From a bacterium (lineage in GTDB: Bacteria; RBG-13-61-14; DATKZS01), in NCBI GenBank assembly GCA_963674965.2, contig CAXXFL010000001.1, positions 256,001-320,000 on the forward strand: a stretch of 64,000 nt of DNA. The letters are read 5' to 3'. Both the position numbers and the translations under genes were made by a program. Positions 47,914 to 57,910 of the stretch are shown one piece after another; positions within the stretch are counted from its first letter, which is position 1; the number at the start of each line of letters is the position of its first letter. Under the pieces are notes generated by a model. That model searched no databases. It was given only the letters and a program-made list of their open reading frames with translations, and was not told the DNA's origin.

Positions 47914-48062
47914 TCCGGAAGGTCCGTTCCGACGCGCCCTTGGGACCGGCCCGTGGTTTTTCGTCGCGCCGGTTTGGAGCCTCGGTTCAACGGGCCATAT
48001 ACTGACTAAAGCGGTGGGAAAGTATTTTTCGCCGCTCAATCCAACATTGGAGGACTTGGTTT

Positions 48063-50312
48063 ATGAGACCATTTTTCCGTTTTTTCTTCCTGGCCGCGAT
48101 CGTCTTCGCGTCCTCATTGCCGTTTTATTCCCGCGCGGCCGCCATGGAGGCTTTCTCGGAGACGGATACGGCCTCGACGCCGGACTCGGGCATGATCGAG
48201 GGATGCGACCCGGCCCAGCCCTGTTTTCGCTTCCTCTGGCCCGAGGAGCCCGGAAGCGTTAAAATGACGCCTCTCATCGGCGAGCCGGGAGAGTCGGGAG
48301 TTGAGGAGACCCCGCTCGGGCGGGCTAAAACGGCCATCGTTTCCTGGCGGTCTTCGGCGGGGGATGAGGTCCTCACGAGCAAGACTTATTATTATCCGGA
48401 CCATGGAGACTTCCGCTCCCTGGTCATCGAGACGGAAATCAAAAAGGAGATTTCGGTGGCCGGGGGTGATTATTTCAAGCCTCACTTCGCCGCGCCCGCC
48501 ATCCGCCCTCCCCTTTCCCACTCGAGGACCCTGTGTTACGAGGTCAACGCCTTCTCTCCGCCCAGCGACAAGCCCATCCCCACCAGCGGGCCGATCATGA
48601 CCTTTGACGACGACTTGAACGCCACCATATTCTCGCCGCTCGATAATTTCATGGCCTCCATGCAGGCGCCGGTGAACGGCGAGTGGCGTCTCGGGTTTGG
48701 GGGAAGCGTGAAGAACGTGCCGGCCGGGACGGTCCATCGGGTGCTGGTGGTATCCGGGCGCGGAGTCAACGCGACCATGGCCGCCTGGGGAGACGGGCTG
48801 AGGAAATGGCACGGCCGGGAAAGGCCGGCCAGGGACGCCGAGCCCGGATTGAAATACCTGGGCTACTACACCGATAACGGGGCTTATTACTATTACAAGA
48901 CCGCGCCGGGCAAGAACTATCACGACACCCTGATGGCGGTCAAGCGGGACGCGGACGAGCGAGGCATACCCTACGGTTATTTCCAGGTGGACTCCTGGTG
49001 GTATCCCAAGGCCAGGAGCAACAACATCATGAACGCCTTCACGGGCGGGGCCCTTTTATGGGAGCCCATGGATGATATGTTCCCCGCGGGCCTGGCGGGA
49101 TTCAGCCGCGAGTTGGGCCTTCCCCTGGTGGCCCACAACCGCTGGTACGACCGGACCTCGCCCTATTGCGATCGTCACGAGTGCGTAAGGGGGGAGGGCC
49201 ACAAGCGGGCGGCCCTTCCCATCGAGGACGAGTTCTGGGACGAGATCATGGACAACGCGGTCAGTTACGGCGTTTCGGTCTACGAGCAGGACTGGCTCCA
49301 TACCCAGATGAACATGATACCATGGCTGCGCTCGGGCCTGAACAACGCCGAGAGCTGGTTCGACGCCATGGTCCGGGCGGCCGACGAGCGGGGACTTCAC
49401 GTTCAGCTCTGCATGGCCTCGCCCGAGTTTTTTCTTCAGCAGGTAAAGCACCCCAACGTGACCGAGGTCAGGGCCTCGGGGGATTACATAGCGGGGGTTC
49501 CCAAGACCTATTACTGGCCCAAGTTCCATAAGACCTCCATGTTCGCCCACGCCGCGGGGCTGTGGCCGTTCAAGGACAACTTCCAAAGCTCCTCGGGCCA
49601 GAGGACGATAAGGAACGAGAAGTGGCCCTATGAGGAGGCCCTTATCAGCCTGCTCTCGGCGGGACCGGTGGGACCGGGAGACAAGATCGGCGCGGCCGAC
49701 GTCGAGCTTCTCATGAAGACGTGCCGGCAGGACGGCGTCCTTCTAAAGCCCGACCGGCCGGCCACGCCCATCGACCTCATGTTCCTGGACTCGAAAAAGC
49801 CCTGGATCGTCACCACCGAGAGCGACCACGAGGCCGGCAGGACCGTCTACCTGGCGGCGTTCAACCTGTGGCCCGCCCGGATGAAGGACCCCTCCATAGC
49901 CCTTTCTGACCTGGGAATCGAGGACGAGCGAATAATCTACAACCATAAGGAAAAGGACCTGCTTCTCGGGTCCGACCGGATCGATTTCGGAAAAATGAAG
50001 CGAAACGAGGCCAACTACTATGTCCTGGTTCCCATCCTCGAGAACGGCATGGCCCTTTTGGGAGAGACGGACAAGTTCGCCTGCCTCAGCGGCGAGCGTT
50101 TTCCCGAGGTCAAGATCGATGGTTGCGCGCTGAAAATTACGGTAATGGGGGTCCCGGGCGAGACGGTCCCCGTCTCCATCTACTCTCCTCGTCCGCCCCA
50201 GAAAATGGCGGGTTGCGGCATGGCCAATATGCCGGCCGATTTCAAAGAAGGTGTCATAACCATAAAAGTGGTAATACCGGCGAGCGGCCAAATTTGCGTC
50301 AGCGTCGAGTGA
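48063..50312 (+). CDS. Exported glycoside hydrolase of GH-D clan type (GH36/Sip1-like, family uncertain)
   Basis: GGAGG RBS; signal peptide; YFQVDSWWY, YEQDW (putative nucleophile), RASGDY (putative acid/base), LSAGPVGPGD. Confidence 0.6.
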   Translation: MRPFFRFFFLAAIVFASSLPFYSRAAAMEAFSETDTASTPDSGMIEGCDPAQPCFRFLWPEEPGSVKMTPLIGEPGESGVEETPLGRAKTAIVSWRSSAGDEVLTSKTYYYPDHGDFRSLVIETEIKKEISVAGGDYFKPHFAAPAIRPPLSHSRTLCYEVNAFSPPSDKPIPTSGPIMTFDDDLNATIFSPLDNFMASMQAPVNGEWRLGFGGSVKNVPAGTVHRVLVVSGRGVNATMAAWGDGLRKWHGRERPARDAEPGLKYLGYYTDNGAYYYYKTAPGKNYHDTLMAVKRDADERGIPYGYFQVDSWWYPKARSNNIMNAFTGGALLWEPMDDMFPAGLAGFSRELGLPLVAHNRWYDRTSPYCDRHECVRGEGHKRAALPIEDEFWDEIMDNAVSYGVSVYEQDWLHTQMNMIPWLRSGLNNAESWFDAMVRAADERGLHVQLCMASPEFFLQQVKHPNVTEVRASGDYIAGVPKTYYWPKFHKTSMFAHAAGLWPFKDNFQSSSGQRTIRNEKWPYEEALISLLSAGPVGPGDKIGAADVELLMKTCRQDGVLLKPDRPATPIDLMFLDSKKPWIVTTESDHEAGRTVYLAAFNLWPARMKDPSIALSDLGIEDERIIYNHKEKDLLLGSDRIDFGKMKRNEANYYVLVPILENGMALLGETDKFACLSGERFPEVKIDGCALKITVMGVPGETVPVSIYSPRPPQKMAGCGMANMPADFKEGVITIKVVIPASGQICVSVE

Positions 50313-50438
50313 TCGGTCCGGAAAGTGGGAATCCGGGGAAAATAGGGTAAAATATTCACGGTCATTTTCGGCCTCGAGCGGAACTTGACCGACGACTCCC
50401 GCGTCGAATATTTCGCGGGCGCGAAAAGGAGATGGTTA

Positions 50439-50927
50439 ATGAGTGAATATTACGTGGAAAAGTCACTGGATATCGACGCACCCGTCGAGCGGGTCTGGGA
50501 CCTTTTGATCGATGTCGACTCCTGGAGCGAGTGGAAGCCCTTTATTAAAAAGGCGGCCGTGGCCGGCGGGTATAAATACCTCTCGAACGGATCGAAGCTC
50601 AAGATGAGCCTTATCGCCGCGGGCCAGGCCCCGGTACCCCTCAGGGTTACGGTGTCCGAGTTCCAAAAACCCAACTCCCTGGCCTGGGAGGGAGGCGTGA
50701 AGGGCCTCGTGCACGCGGTCCACGGCTTCGAGCTCAAGGAAGTGGCGGGCAAGACCAGGATAACCTCGCGTGAGCGTTTCCAGGGCGCGCTGGTTGGCTT
50801 CGTTCTGCGCATAGTAACGCCCGAGGACATGGAGGCCATGCATGAAAAATGGGTCCAGGCCTTCAAAGACAAGCTGGAGGGCAAGTCCGAGGAGCCCGAG
50901 GAAGACGCTCACGGCCACTCCCACTAG
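50439..50927 (+). CDS. SRPBCC/polyketide cyclase-family protein
   Basis: IDAPVERVWDLL.D..SW.EW.P, LAWEG, ERFQG; His-rich tail. Confidence 0.88.
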   Translation: MSEYYVEKSLDIDAPVERVWDLLIDVDSWSEWKPFIKKAAVAGGYKYLSNGSKLKMSLIAAGQAPVPLRVTVSEFQKPNSLAWEGGVKGLVHAVHGFELKEVAGKTRITSRERFQGALVGFVLRIVTPEDMEAMHEKWVQAFKDKLEGKSEEPEEDAHGHSH

Positions 50928-50981
50928 CCCGTACGATGGAATACCGCGAGGCCCGGGACCTTCCCGCGGGAGTAAAAGCCC

Positions 50982-51536
50982 ATGAAAGACGGCCCTAAAA
51001 GCAAAATCTTTCTGGCCTTGACCGCGCTTTTATCGGCCCTTTTAGGGTGCTCGATCACGGTGGTGGTATTCCTCGTATGGCCCGACGCCCGTGTCTCGGA
51101 CGCGGCCAATCCGACGGAGGCCAAACTGGACCCGGAATTCCGGGCCGCCATCGACGACCTGAAGGTCAGTCTTACCCTGACCCGGCAGGAGATAAACGGG
51201 CTGCGGCTCGAGAACGCCGAGACGAGGGAGGCGGTGAGACTTCTGGCCGCCGATACTTTGGGGGAGGGCGTGGAGACCGCGCTTCCACCTTCATACGTGG
51301 CCCAGGTGGACACTTTCTTCAAGTCCGACGCGGCCAAGACGCTTCTGGACGCCAAGTTTCACAACGCTCGAAATATTACCTTCGGCCGCCCCCGCTTCGT
51401 GGGGCCTTACCTGATTACCGTTCCTTACTTCGTGGGGGGCGAGCCCTATTTCATGCTGGTGGAGATTACGGTCATGGACCTTTACGACCTGAAGTTCGAC
51501 GTGGTATGGGACGGGATGGTCGAGGACCTGAAGTAG
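50982..51536 (+). CDS. Hypothetical membrane-anchored protein
   Basis: N-terminal TM helix, short coiled coil, host codon usage. Confidence 0.65.
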   Translation: MKDGPKSKIFLALTALLSALLGCSITVVVFLVWPDARVSDAANPTEAKLDPEFRAAIDDLKVSLTLTRQEINGLRLENAETREAVRLLAADTLGEGVETALPPSYVAQVDTFFKSDAAKTLLDAKFHNARNITFGRPRFVGPYLITVPYFVGGEPYFMLVEITVMDLYDLKFDVVWDGMVEDLK

Positions 51537-51546
51537 CCTTATTGAA

Positions 51547-52356
51547 TCAATCGAAAACCAGGCGGCCAAGCGCCCGGCCGGGGTCGTCCGACTTCATCAG
51601 GGCGGTGCCGATTAAAAAGGCGTCCACCCCCTTCTCGCTCAGCCGCCTCAAGGTGGCGGCGTCGGAAAGACCGCTCTCGCTGACCACCGTTACTCCTTCT
51701 TTGAAATGAGGCAAAAGCGACACGGTCCTCTCGACCGACACGGAGAAGTCGCCAAGGTCCCGGTTGTTCACCCCGATAAGCTGGGGAGATGGATCGAGCG
51801 ACTGCACCCTTTCCAGGTCCTTTTCATCATGGACCTCGAAAAGAACCGCCAGAAGAAGGTCCCGGGCCCGGGCGTAAAGGTCCCTCATCAGGGAGTCCGA
51901 CAATATCCTGGCGATGAGAAGCACGGCGTCGGCGCCGGCCCAGGCCGCCTCCTCCACCTGGCTCGGGTCGATGATGAAATCCTTGCGCAAAATGGGAAGA
52001 TCGACCGTCTTCCTCACCCGCATCAGGAACCGGAGGGAGCCTTGAAAAAATTCCTCGTCCGTAATGACGGAAATGCACCTTGCCCCGCCTCCCGAGTAGG
52101 CCAGGGCGATGGCCTCGGGATCGAAGGGGTCCCGGATCACGCCGGCCGAGGGCGAGGCCTTCTTGATCTCGGCGATGACCGCTCTTCCCTTTTTTTCCCC
52201 GTCACGAAGGGCGGCGATAAAGTCGCGCCGCGGGTTTTCCGAGTGCCTTACCGTGGGCGGCTTGGGGCGGGGCAGGGACTTTTTCCTCTCCACCTCCTTG
52301 ACCTTGCTCGACACGATGCGGTCGAGAATGGTATCGGTCCGGATCAGTCCGCCCAT
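51547..52356 (-). CDS. trpC: Indole-3-glycerol phosphate synthase
   Basis: IAEIKKASPSAG, LRKDFI, GADAVLLI, GVNNRDL, VSESG. Confidence 0.98.
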   Translation of the reverse strand: MGGLIRTDTILDRIVSSKVKEVERKKSLPRPKPPTVRHSENPRRDFIAALRDGEKKGRAVIAEIKKASPSAGVIRDPFDPEAIALAYSGGGARCISVITDEEFFQGSLRFLMRVRKTVDLPILRKDFIIDPSQVEEAAWAGADAVLLIARILSDSLMRDLYARARDLLLAVLFEVHDEKDLERVQSLDPSPQLIGVNNRDLGDFSVSVERTVSLLPHFKEGVTVVSESGLSDAATLRRLSEKGVDAFLIGTALMKSDDPGRALGRLVFD

Positions 52357-52363
52357 TATCGCC

Positions 52364-53371
52364 TCACGAGCCAGAGACCCTGGCCAGGCTCTCGAGTTTC
52401 TTCATGGCCTCGCCCGAGGCCGCGGCGCGCCGAGCCAACTCGATCCCCTCCCCTATGGTCGAGGCCTTGCCGCCCACGTAAACGGCGGCGCCCGCGTTTA
52501 TAAGGACCGCGTCCAGGCGAGGACCGGAAACGTTACTTAGCGCTTCCCGGGCGATGCGGGCGTTTTCCTTGGGGTCTCCTCCCAGGAGGTCCTCCTTTTT
52601 GCAGCGGGAAAGGCAAAAGTCCTCGGGCGATATCTCGTAGGTTTTTACCTGGCCGTCCTTAAGCTCGCTGACGCGGGTGGGACCGGTCAAGGTTATCTCG
52701 TCAAGCCCGTCCGACCCGTGGACGACCATGGCCGCCTCGCTTCCCAGGTTCATGAGGACGTTCGCCAGGACCTCGGTAAGGTCGCCGTCAAAAACTCCCA
52801 TGAGTTGTCTTTTGGCCCCCGCGGGGTTCGTAAGAGGACCGAGCAGGTTGAATATGGTCCGGACGCCCATTTCCCGGCGGGGACCGATGGCGTAGCGCAT
52901 GGCGCCGTGGAGGGTGGGGGCGAAAAGGAAACCGATCCCCACCTCCCGGAGGCATTTCTCGACCGTGGCCACGTCGGCCTCGATGTTCACGCCCAGCTCC
53001 GCCAGGACGTCGGCGCTGCCCGAGGCGCTCGAGGCCGCCCTGTTTCCATGCTTGGCCACCACCAGGCCCGTCGCCGCGGCCACGAAGGCGGCGGTGGTCG
53101 AAATATTGAAGGTACACGAGTGATCTCCGCCCGTGCCGCAGGTGTCTATGCAGGGGCCCTCGAACCTTATGCGCGTGGCTTTCTCCCGCATGACCTCGGC
53201 GGCCCCGGTGATCTCGCCGACCGTTTCGCCCTTGCTCCGAAGGCCCATGAGGAAGGCGCCGATCTGAGCGGGCGTGGCCTCGCCGCCCATGATCTCGTTC
53301 ATGGTATCGACCATGGAACTCCTGTCCAGGTCCTTACCCTCAGCTAAAAGCGCCAGTGCTTCCTTGATCAT
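52364..53371 (-). CDS. trpD: Anthranilate phosphoribosyltransferase
   Basis: DTCGTGGD, FNIST, AKHGNR, GSADVL, RTIFNLLGPLTNPA, DGLDE. Confidence 0.98.
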   Translation of the reverse strand: MIKEALALLAEGKDLDRSSMVDTMNEIMGGEATPAQIGAFLMGLRSKGETVGEITGAAEVMREKATRIRFEGPCIDTCGTGGDHSCTFNISTTAAFVAAATGLVVAKHGNRAASSASGSADVLAELGVNIEADVATVEKCLREVGIGFLFAPTLHGAMRYAIGPRREMGVRTIFNLLGPLTNPAGAKRQLMGVFDGDLTEVLANVLMNLGSEAAMVVHGSDGLDEITLTGPTRVSELKDGQVKTYEISPEDFCLSRCKKEDLLGGDPKENARIAREALSNVSGPRLDAVLINAGAAVYVGGKASTIGEGIELARRAAASGEAMKKLESLARVSGS

Positions 53372-53411
53372 TTCAAGATTCTCCCCGTGTTGAGGTACCG
53401 ATAAGGAAAAA

Positions 53412-53440
53412 ATGTTATCACTTCATTTTTTCGTTGGCAA
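53412..53440 (-). promoter_or_regulatory. Putative sigma70 promoter of trpDC
   Basis: TTGCCA-17 bp-TAACAT with a TGn extension. Confidence 0.55.
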
Positions 53441-53470
53441 ACAAAAACCGTCCGGGCGGCAAGAGGGGCC

Positions 53471-53968
53471 TTACCCGCATTCTCCTCCCCCGCCCGTTAA
53501 TATCTCGAGTCCATGATCGAGAGACGGCGCGATCGCCTCGAGCGACTCGCGAACGCCCTTTTCGCTTCCCGGCAGGTTGATAATGAGCGTCTTTCCCCTG
53601 ATGCCCGAGGTTGCCCTCGAGAGCATGGCGCGAGGAGTTTTTTTAAGTCCCGCCAGCCGCATGGCCTCGCTAAGGCCGGGGGTCGGTCTCTGGATGACGG
53701 CGGCGGTGGCCTCGGGCGTCACGTCGCGCGGCGAGAAGCCCGTCCCACCCGTGGTCACGATGAGGTCCAGTCCCGCCAGGTCGGACCAGGCGATCAGCTT
53801 GTCCTTTATGCCCTCGAGGTCGTCGGGAATAATCTCGCGCCGCTCGATGACCAGTCCCGCTTCCTCCAATATCTCGACGACGGCGTCTCCGCTTTTATCC
53901 GCTCTCTCGCCCTTGGCTCCCTTGTCGCTCAGGGTAAGGACGCCGGCCTTGTAGACGCGTTCACTCAT
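53471..53968 (-). CDS. mog: Molybdopterin adenylyltransferase (MogA/MoaB family)
   Basis: LTLSD, D.SG, TTGGTGFSPRDVTPEAT, LSRA, NLPGS. Confidence 0.92.
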   Translation of the reverse strand: MSERVYKAGVLTLSDKGAKGERADKSGDAVVEILEEAGLVIERREIIPDDLEGIKDKLIAWSDLAGLDLIVTTGGTGFSPRDVTPEATAAVIQRPTPGLSEAMRLAGLKKTPRAMLSRATSGIRGKTLIINLPGSEKGVRESLEAIAPSLDHGLEILTGGGGECG

Positions 53969-53985
53969 GACGATTCCTCCTCCGC

Positions 53986-54960
53986 TCAGCCGCCTATCTG
54001 GTACATGGATCGGTTAAGCGGCCTGAAGCAGGCGGCCTCCTGGTCCGGCTTCATCCTGACCGCCTTCCGGAAAAGCTCCCTTAATCGGTCGTCGCTTTGG
54101 CCGCTCCGCATGGGTCCCTTAACGTCGATCTCGAGGTCCGAGGCCAGGCACGGCCTCAGCTTGCCGTCGGGGGTAAGCCGCATACGGGCGCACCACTTGC
54201 AAAAGGGCTCCGACATGGCGGAGATGAAGCCCAGGCGGCCTCCCCCCTTTTCGACCTCATAGACCGAGGCCGGCTTGCCCGTTTCCTTCCCGTCAATAAG
54301 CGACAGCGGACCGACGTTTTTCTCGATGATCTTTCTAAGCTCGGCCGAGGGGATGTACTCGGAGGAAGAAAGTCCGCAACCCGGCTCGGAGGAGCGGACG
54401 GATATGGGCATGCGCTCGATAAACCTGACCTCGACTCCTCCGTTTCGGGCGAACTCGACGAAGTCAATCACCTCGTCGTCGTTCTGGCCCGGGACCATCA
54501 CCACGTTGACCTTGACCGGAAGAAGACCGGCCCCGACGGCCGTCTCGATCCCGCGCCTTACCTTATCCAGCCAGGGACGCCGCGTGATCCTTTCAAAGCG
54601 GTCCGGACGGAGAGTGTCCATGCTGACGGTCACCCGGGTCAAGCCGGCCCTTTTGAGGTCCAGCGCGAATTTATCCAGCATCACCCCGTTGGTGGTCATC
54701 GGCAGGTCCATGACGCCCTCGATTTTTGCCAGACGCTCGACGAGTTTTAGAATGCCCTGCCTGACCAGGGGCTCGCCCCCGGTGAGACGGAGCTTCCATA
54801 CTCCCTCCTTTACCGCCACCCGCGCCACGCGCTCGATCTCCTCGAAGCGAAGTATCTCCGGGTGGGGAATGCGCGAAACGCCCTCCTCCGGCATGCAGTA
54901 AACGCAGCGCAGGTTGCACCTGTCGGTCACGGAAACGCGAAGGGCGTCAACCCGTTTCAA
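53986..54960 (-). CDS. moaA: GTP 3',8-cyclase MoaA
   Basis: LRVSVTDRCNLRCVYC, LTGGEP, FCKWCARMRLTPDGKLRPC, C-terminal IGG. Confidence 0.97.
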   Translation of the reverse strand: MKRVDALRVSVTDRCNLRCVYCMPEEGVSRIPHPEILRFEEIERVARVAVKEGVWKLRLTGGEPLVRQGILKLVERLAKIEGVMDLPMTTNGVMLDKFALDLKRAGLTRVTVSMDTLRPDRFERITRRPWLDKVRRGIETAVGAGLLPVKVNVVMVPGQNDDEVIDFVEFARNGGVEVRFIERMPISVRSSEPGCGLSSSEYIPSAELRKIIEKNVGPLSLIDGKETGKPASVYEVEKGGGRLGFISAMSEPFCKWCARMRLTPDGKLRPCLASDLEIDVKGPMRSGQSDDRLRELFRKAVRMKPDQEAACFRPLNRSMYQIGG

Positions 54961-55399
54961 TCGAGTCCCCCGCTTTTATCTCGCCGCCGGCGACGACCTC
55001 GGCGAACACTCCCCGGCTGGGCATGACGCAGTCGCCGATCTTGTAATATATAGCGCACTTTCCATGGCAGTCCTTCCCGATCTTGCTGATCCTTATCCGG
55101 GCCTCGCTTCCCACCTTAAGCTCGGTACCCACGGGAAGACCGGTCAGGTCGATCCCCTCGGTGGTCACGTTCTCCGCGTAGGAACCGGGGCCCAGCTCGA
55201 TCTTGCCGGAGCAGGACTCGGCCGCCTCCGAGCGGGCCCGCCTTATGTCCTCGATGGCCAAAAGGCTTACCTGGCGAATTCCCGGCGCGGCGTGGGCGTC
55301 CCCCCTGACTCCCAGGTCCGGGACCAGCTCGATCGCGTCCACCGGGGTCTTGGACGTCCCCTTGCCGCGGCTCACGTTGACGGAAAATACTTTCGCCAT
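54947..55399 (-). CDS. MOSC-domain protein
   Basis: GDAHA..IRQVSLLA.E, PG.YAENVTTEG, IGKDCH..C.I...GDCVMP..GVFA. Confidence 0.92.
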   Translation of the reverse strand: MAKVFSVNVSRGKGTSKTPVDAIELVPDLGVRGDAHAAPGIRQVSLLAIEDIRRARSEAAESCSGKIELGPGSYAENVTTEGIDLTGLPVGTELKVGSEARIRISKIGKDCHGKCAIYYKIGDCVMPSRGVFAEVVAGGEIKAGDSIETG

Positions 55400-55401
55400 G
55401 A

Positions 55402-56694
55402 TTAGGCCAGGCGCCGGAGCATGGAACTTCCCGTCCTTCTCGAGCGCTTTTTCTCCTCGATGTTTTTCTCGTAAACCTCGGTCATGGACCGGCAGGCCGC
55501 GTCCCACGAGAAAAGCTCGACCACCCTTTTCCTGCCCGCTTCTCCCATGGCGGCCGCCCGCGCCGGGTCGCCGAGTAGCTTTTTTATGGCCATGGCCAAC
55601 GCGGTCGGGTCGCGGGGAGGAACGAGGAAACCGCACTCGCCGTCCTTGCCCACCACCTCGGGCAGGGCCCCGCCGGTGGTGCTTACCACGGGAAGGCCCG
55701 TGCTCATGGCCTCGGCCGCGGGGAACCCGAAGCCCTCGTACACCGAGGACACGACCCCTATCTCCGCCTCCCGATATTTCCGGGCCACCTCGTCGGTGGG
55801 TATCTTGCCCGTGCAGGTGACGCGGCCGCCAAGGTGGAACTTCTTCATCAGTTCCTCCATCAGGAGGTGGCGGGGGGCGCCGCCGTCCACCACCGTCAGG
55901 GTCACGTCCCTGGGCAGGTAGAGCATGGCCTCCATCAAATAGCGGATGCCCTTTTTCCTGTCCTCCGTGTTGCCCACGAAGATCAGACGGCGCGGGACCT
56001 TCTTGACCAAAGGGTCGGGGCTGAAGGTGTCCGTCTCGACCCCGTTGTAAACCACCGACACGCGGGAGCGCGGGACCTGGAAAGCCTCGGCCACCCCGCG
56101 GGCGGCCGCGTCGGACACGGTAATGACGTCGTCCATGTAAGGGGCCACGCGGCGGTTCATGTCGATGGGATAGTAGACCACCCGCTTCATCCGGTCGTAA
56201 ATTTTGGGAAGTTGCTGGAAGTCGGCCCTCCTGTCCTCCGAGAGCGGGTGGTGGATGGTGCTCACCACCGGGACCCCGAAGGCCTTCATAAGCACGAGAC
56301 CGTAGGCCAGGGTCTGGTTGTCGTGGATAACGTCGAAGCCGCTCTTATTCCAGATGCTCCGCAAAAGGTTGTAGGCGCGAAGGGAAAAAGCCAGCATCTC
56401 GGGGAAATAGCCGAAGCGCGTGGCGGCGAACTCGTAGAAGTTTATGGGCTCGAGGAGCTTGATGGGCGACTCGCCCGGCGGCATGAACCGGGTAAAGAAC
56501 TTACGCGTGGCGAACAAGTTGTAGTTGGGCAGCCTGTGCTGCTCGCACCAGGGCGTGTCCCACGTGTAGGGCGGGCCCTGGATCAGGTGGACCTCATGCC
56601 CTTGCCTGGCGAGCCACTTGGACAGGTAATATACGTAAACGCCCTGCCCGCCGCAGTACATGTTGCCGCGATAACTTAAAAGGCAGACCCTCAT
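55402..56694 (-). CDS. Glycosyltransferase family 4 protein
   Basis: LLSYRGNMYCGGQGVY, IHDNQ, RKKG, SVYEGFGFPAAEAM. Confidence 0.92.
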   Translation of the reverse strand: MRVCLLSYRGNMYCGGQGVYVYYLSKWLARQGHEVHLIQGPPYTWDTPWCEQHRLPNYNLFATRKFFTRFMPPGESPIKLLEPINFYEFAATRFGYFPEMLAFSLRAYNLLRSIWNKSGFDVIHDNQTLAYGLVLMKAFGVPVVSTIHHPLSEDRRADFQQLPKIYDRMKRVVYYPIDMNRRVAPYMDDVITVSDAAARGVAEAFQVPRSRVSVVYNGVETDTFSPDPLVKKVPRRLIFVGNTEDRKKGIRYLMEAMLYLPRDVTLTVVDGGAPRHLLMEELMKKFHLGGRVTCTGKIPTDEVARKYREAEIGVVSSVYEGFGFPAAEAMSTGLPVVSTTGGALPEVVGKDGECGFLVPPRDPTALAMAIKKLLGDPARAAAMGEAGRKRVVELFSWDAACRSMTEVYEKNIEEKKRSRRTGSSMLRRLA

Positions 56695-56973
56695 TTGGCT
56701 GAAATTCCCCGCGAAAATTAATCGGCGGCCCGCAACCGCCCTTAATAAAGGGTATCACGAGCGAGGAGGCCTAACAAACCCGCTAAGGCCCCGCGGCCGG
56801 GTATTCCTTGGATACATCGCCGGTCCCGGACTTGCCATGAGGGCAAGGGAAAGATAGATTGTTTTTTATGTTTTTCACGCTCGGCCCGTTGGGGTAAAGC
56901 CCGCGTCTCAGATACCGAAGTATCGGGAGACCCGTAGAGAACGGACGGGAAGCGTCATTTTTCGGAGGCGAAC

Positions 56974-57687
56974 ATGAAGGGAGTCATACTGGCCGGCGGC
57001 AAGGGTACCAGGCTGTATCCGTTAACCAAGGTGACCAACAAGCACCTCTTGCCCGTTGGCCGCGAGCCCATGATCTTCAACCCGATTCGAGTCATGGTCG
57101 AGGCCGGGATCACGGACGTGTTGATCGTTACCAGCACCGAGCACATGGGCGACATCGTGAACCAGCTTGGAAGCGGCAAGGAGTTCGGCTGCGAGTTCAC
57201 CTACCGGGTCCAGGAGGAGGCCAGGGGCATAGCCCACGCCCTGGCCCTGGCCGAGAACTTCGCGGGTGGCGAAAAAATCGTGGTCATCCTGGGCGACAAC
57301 GTGACCTCGGGAAGCATCAAGGAGCACGTGGACGAATTCAGAGATATGGACAAGGGGGCCAAGGTGCTCCTGAAAAAAGTGGGAGACCCCGAGCGCTACG
57401 GCGTGGCGGCCATCGACGAGAAGCACATCATCGAGATCGAGGAAAAACCCAAAAAGCCCAAAAGCGAGTTCGCGGTCATCGGCTATTACATGTACGACTC
57501 GAAGGTCTTCGACATTATCAAGGGCCTCGAGCCGTCGGCCAGGGGAGAGTACGAAATAACCTCGGTCAACAACGCCTACGTCAAGCTGGGCGAGCTGACC
57601 TACGGCATCCTCGAGGCCGACTGGACCGACGCCGGAACCTTCGAGTCATGGCAACACGCCAACCAGATGCTCCCGGGAAAGAGTTGA
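56974..57687 (+). CDS. Sugar-phosphate nucleotidylyltransferase (short RmlA/SpsI-type glucose-1-phosphate thymidylyltransferase)
   Basis: GVILAGGKGTRLYPLT...NKHLLPV, ILGDN, IEEKP, SARGEYEIT, WTDAGT. Confidence 0.92.
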   Translation: MKGVILAGGKGTRLYPLTKVTNKHLLPVGREPMIFNPIRVMVEAGITDVLIVTSTEHMGDIVNQLGSGKEFGCEFTYRVQEEARGIAHALALAENFAGGEKIVVILGDNVTSGSIKEHVDEFRDMDKGAKVLLKKVGDPERYGVAAIDEKHIIEIEEKPKKPKSEFAVIGYYMYDSKVFDIIKGLEPSARGEYEITSVNNAYVKLGELTYGILEADWTDAGTFESWQHANQMLPGKS

Positions 57688-57910
57688 GAATGAAATGGCG
57701 GCCGATAAATGCAGTAAGCTCGAGAAGAGCTTCGGCTTCATGAACGGCCGCGCGGCCATGCTCAAGTCGGACCGCGCGGCGAACGTCGCCTTGAAGCTGA
57801 TGACAAAGACTATGGATTCGACTTAATCCGATCAAGGAGTTGATTAGCCGGTTCCTTGAAGTCTTTATACGCCTCCTGGACGGCTTGAGCGTGGTCCCCG
57901 AGCGAGAAAC

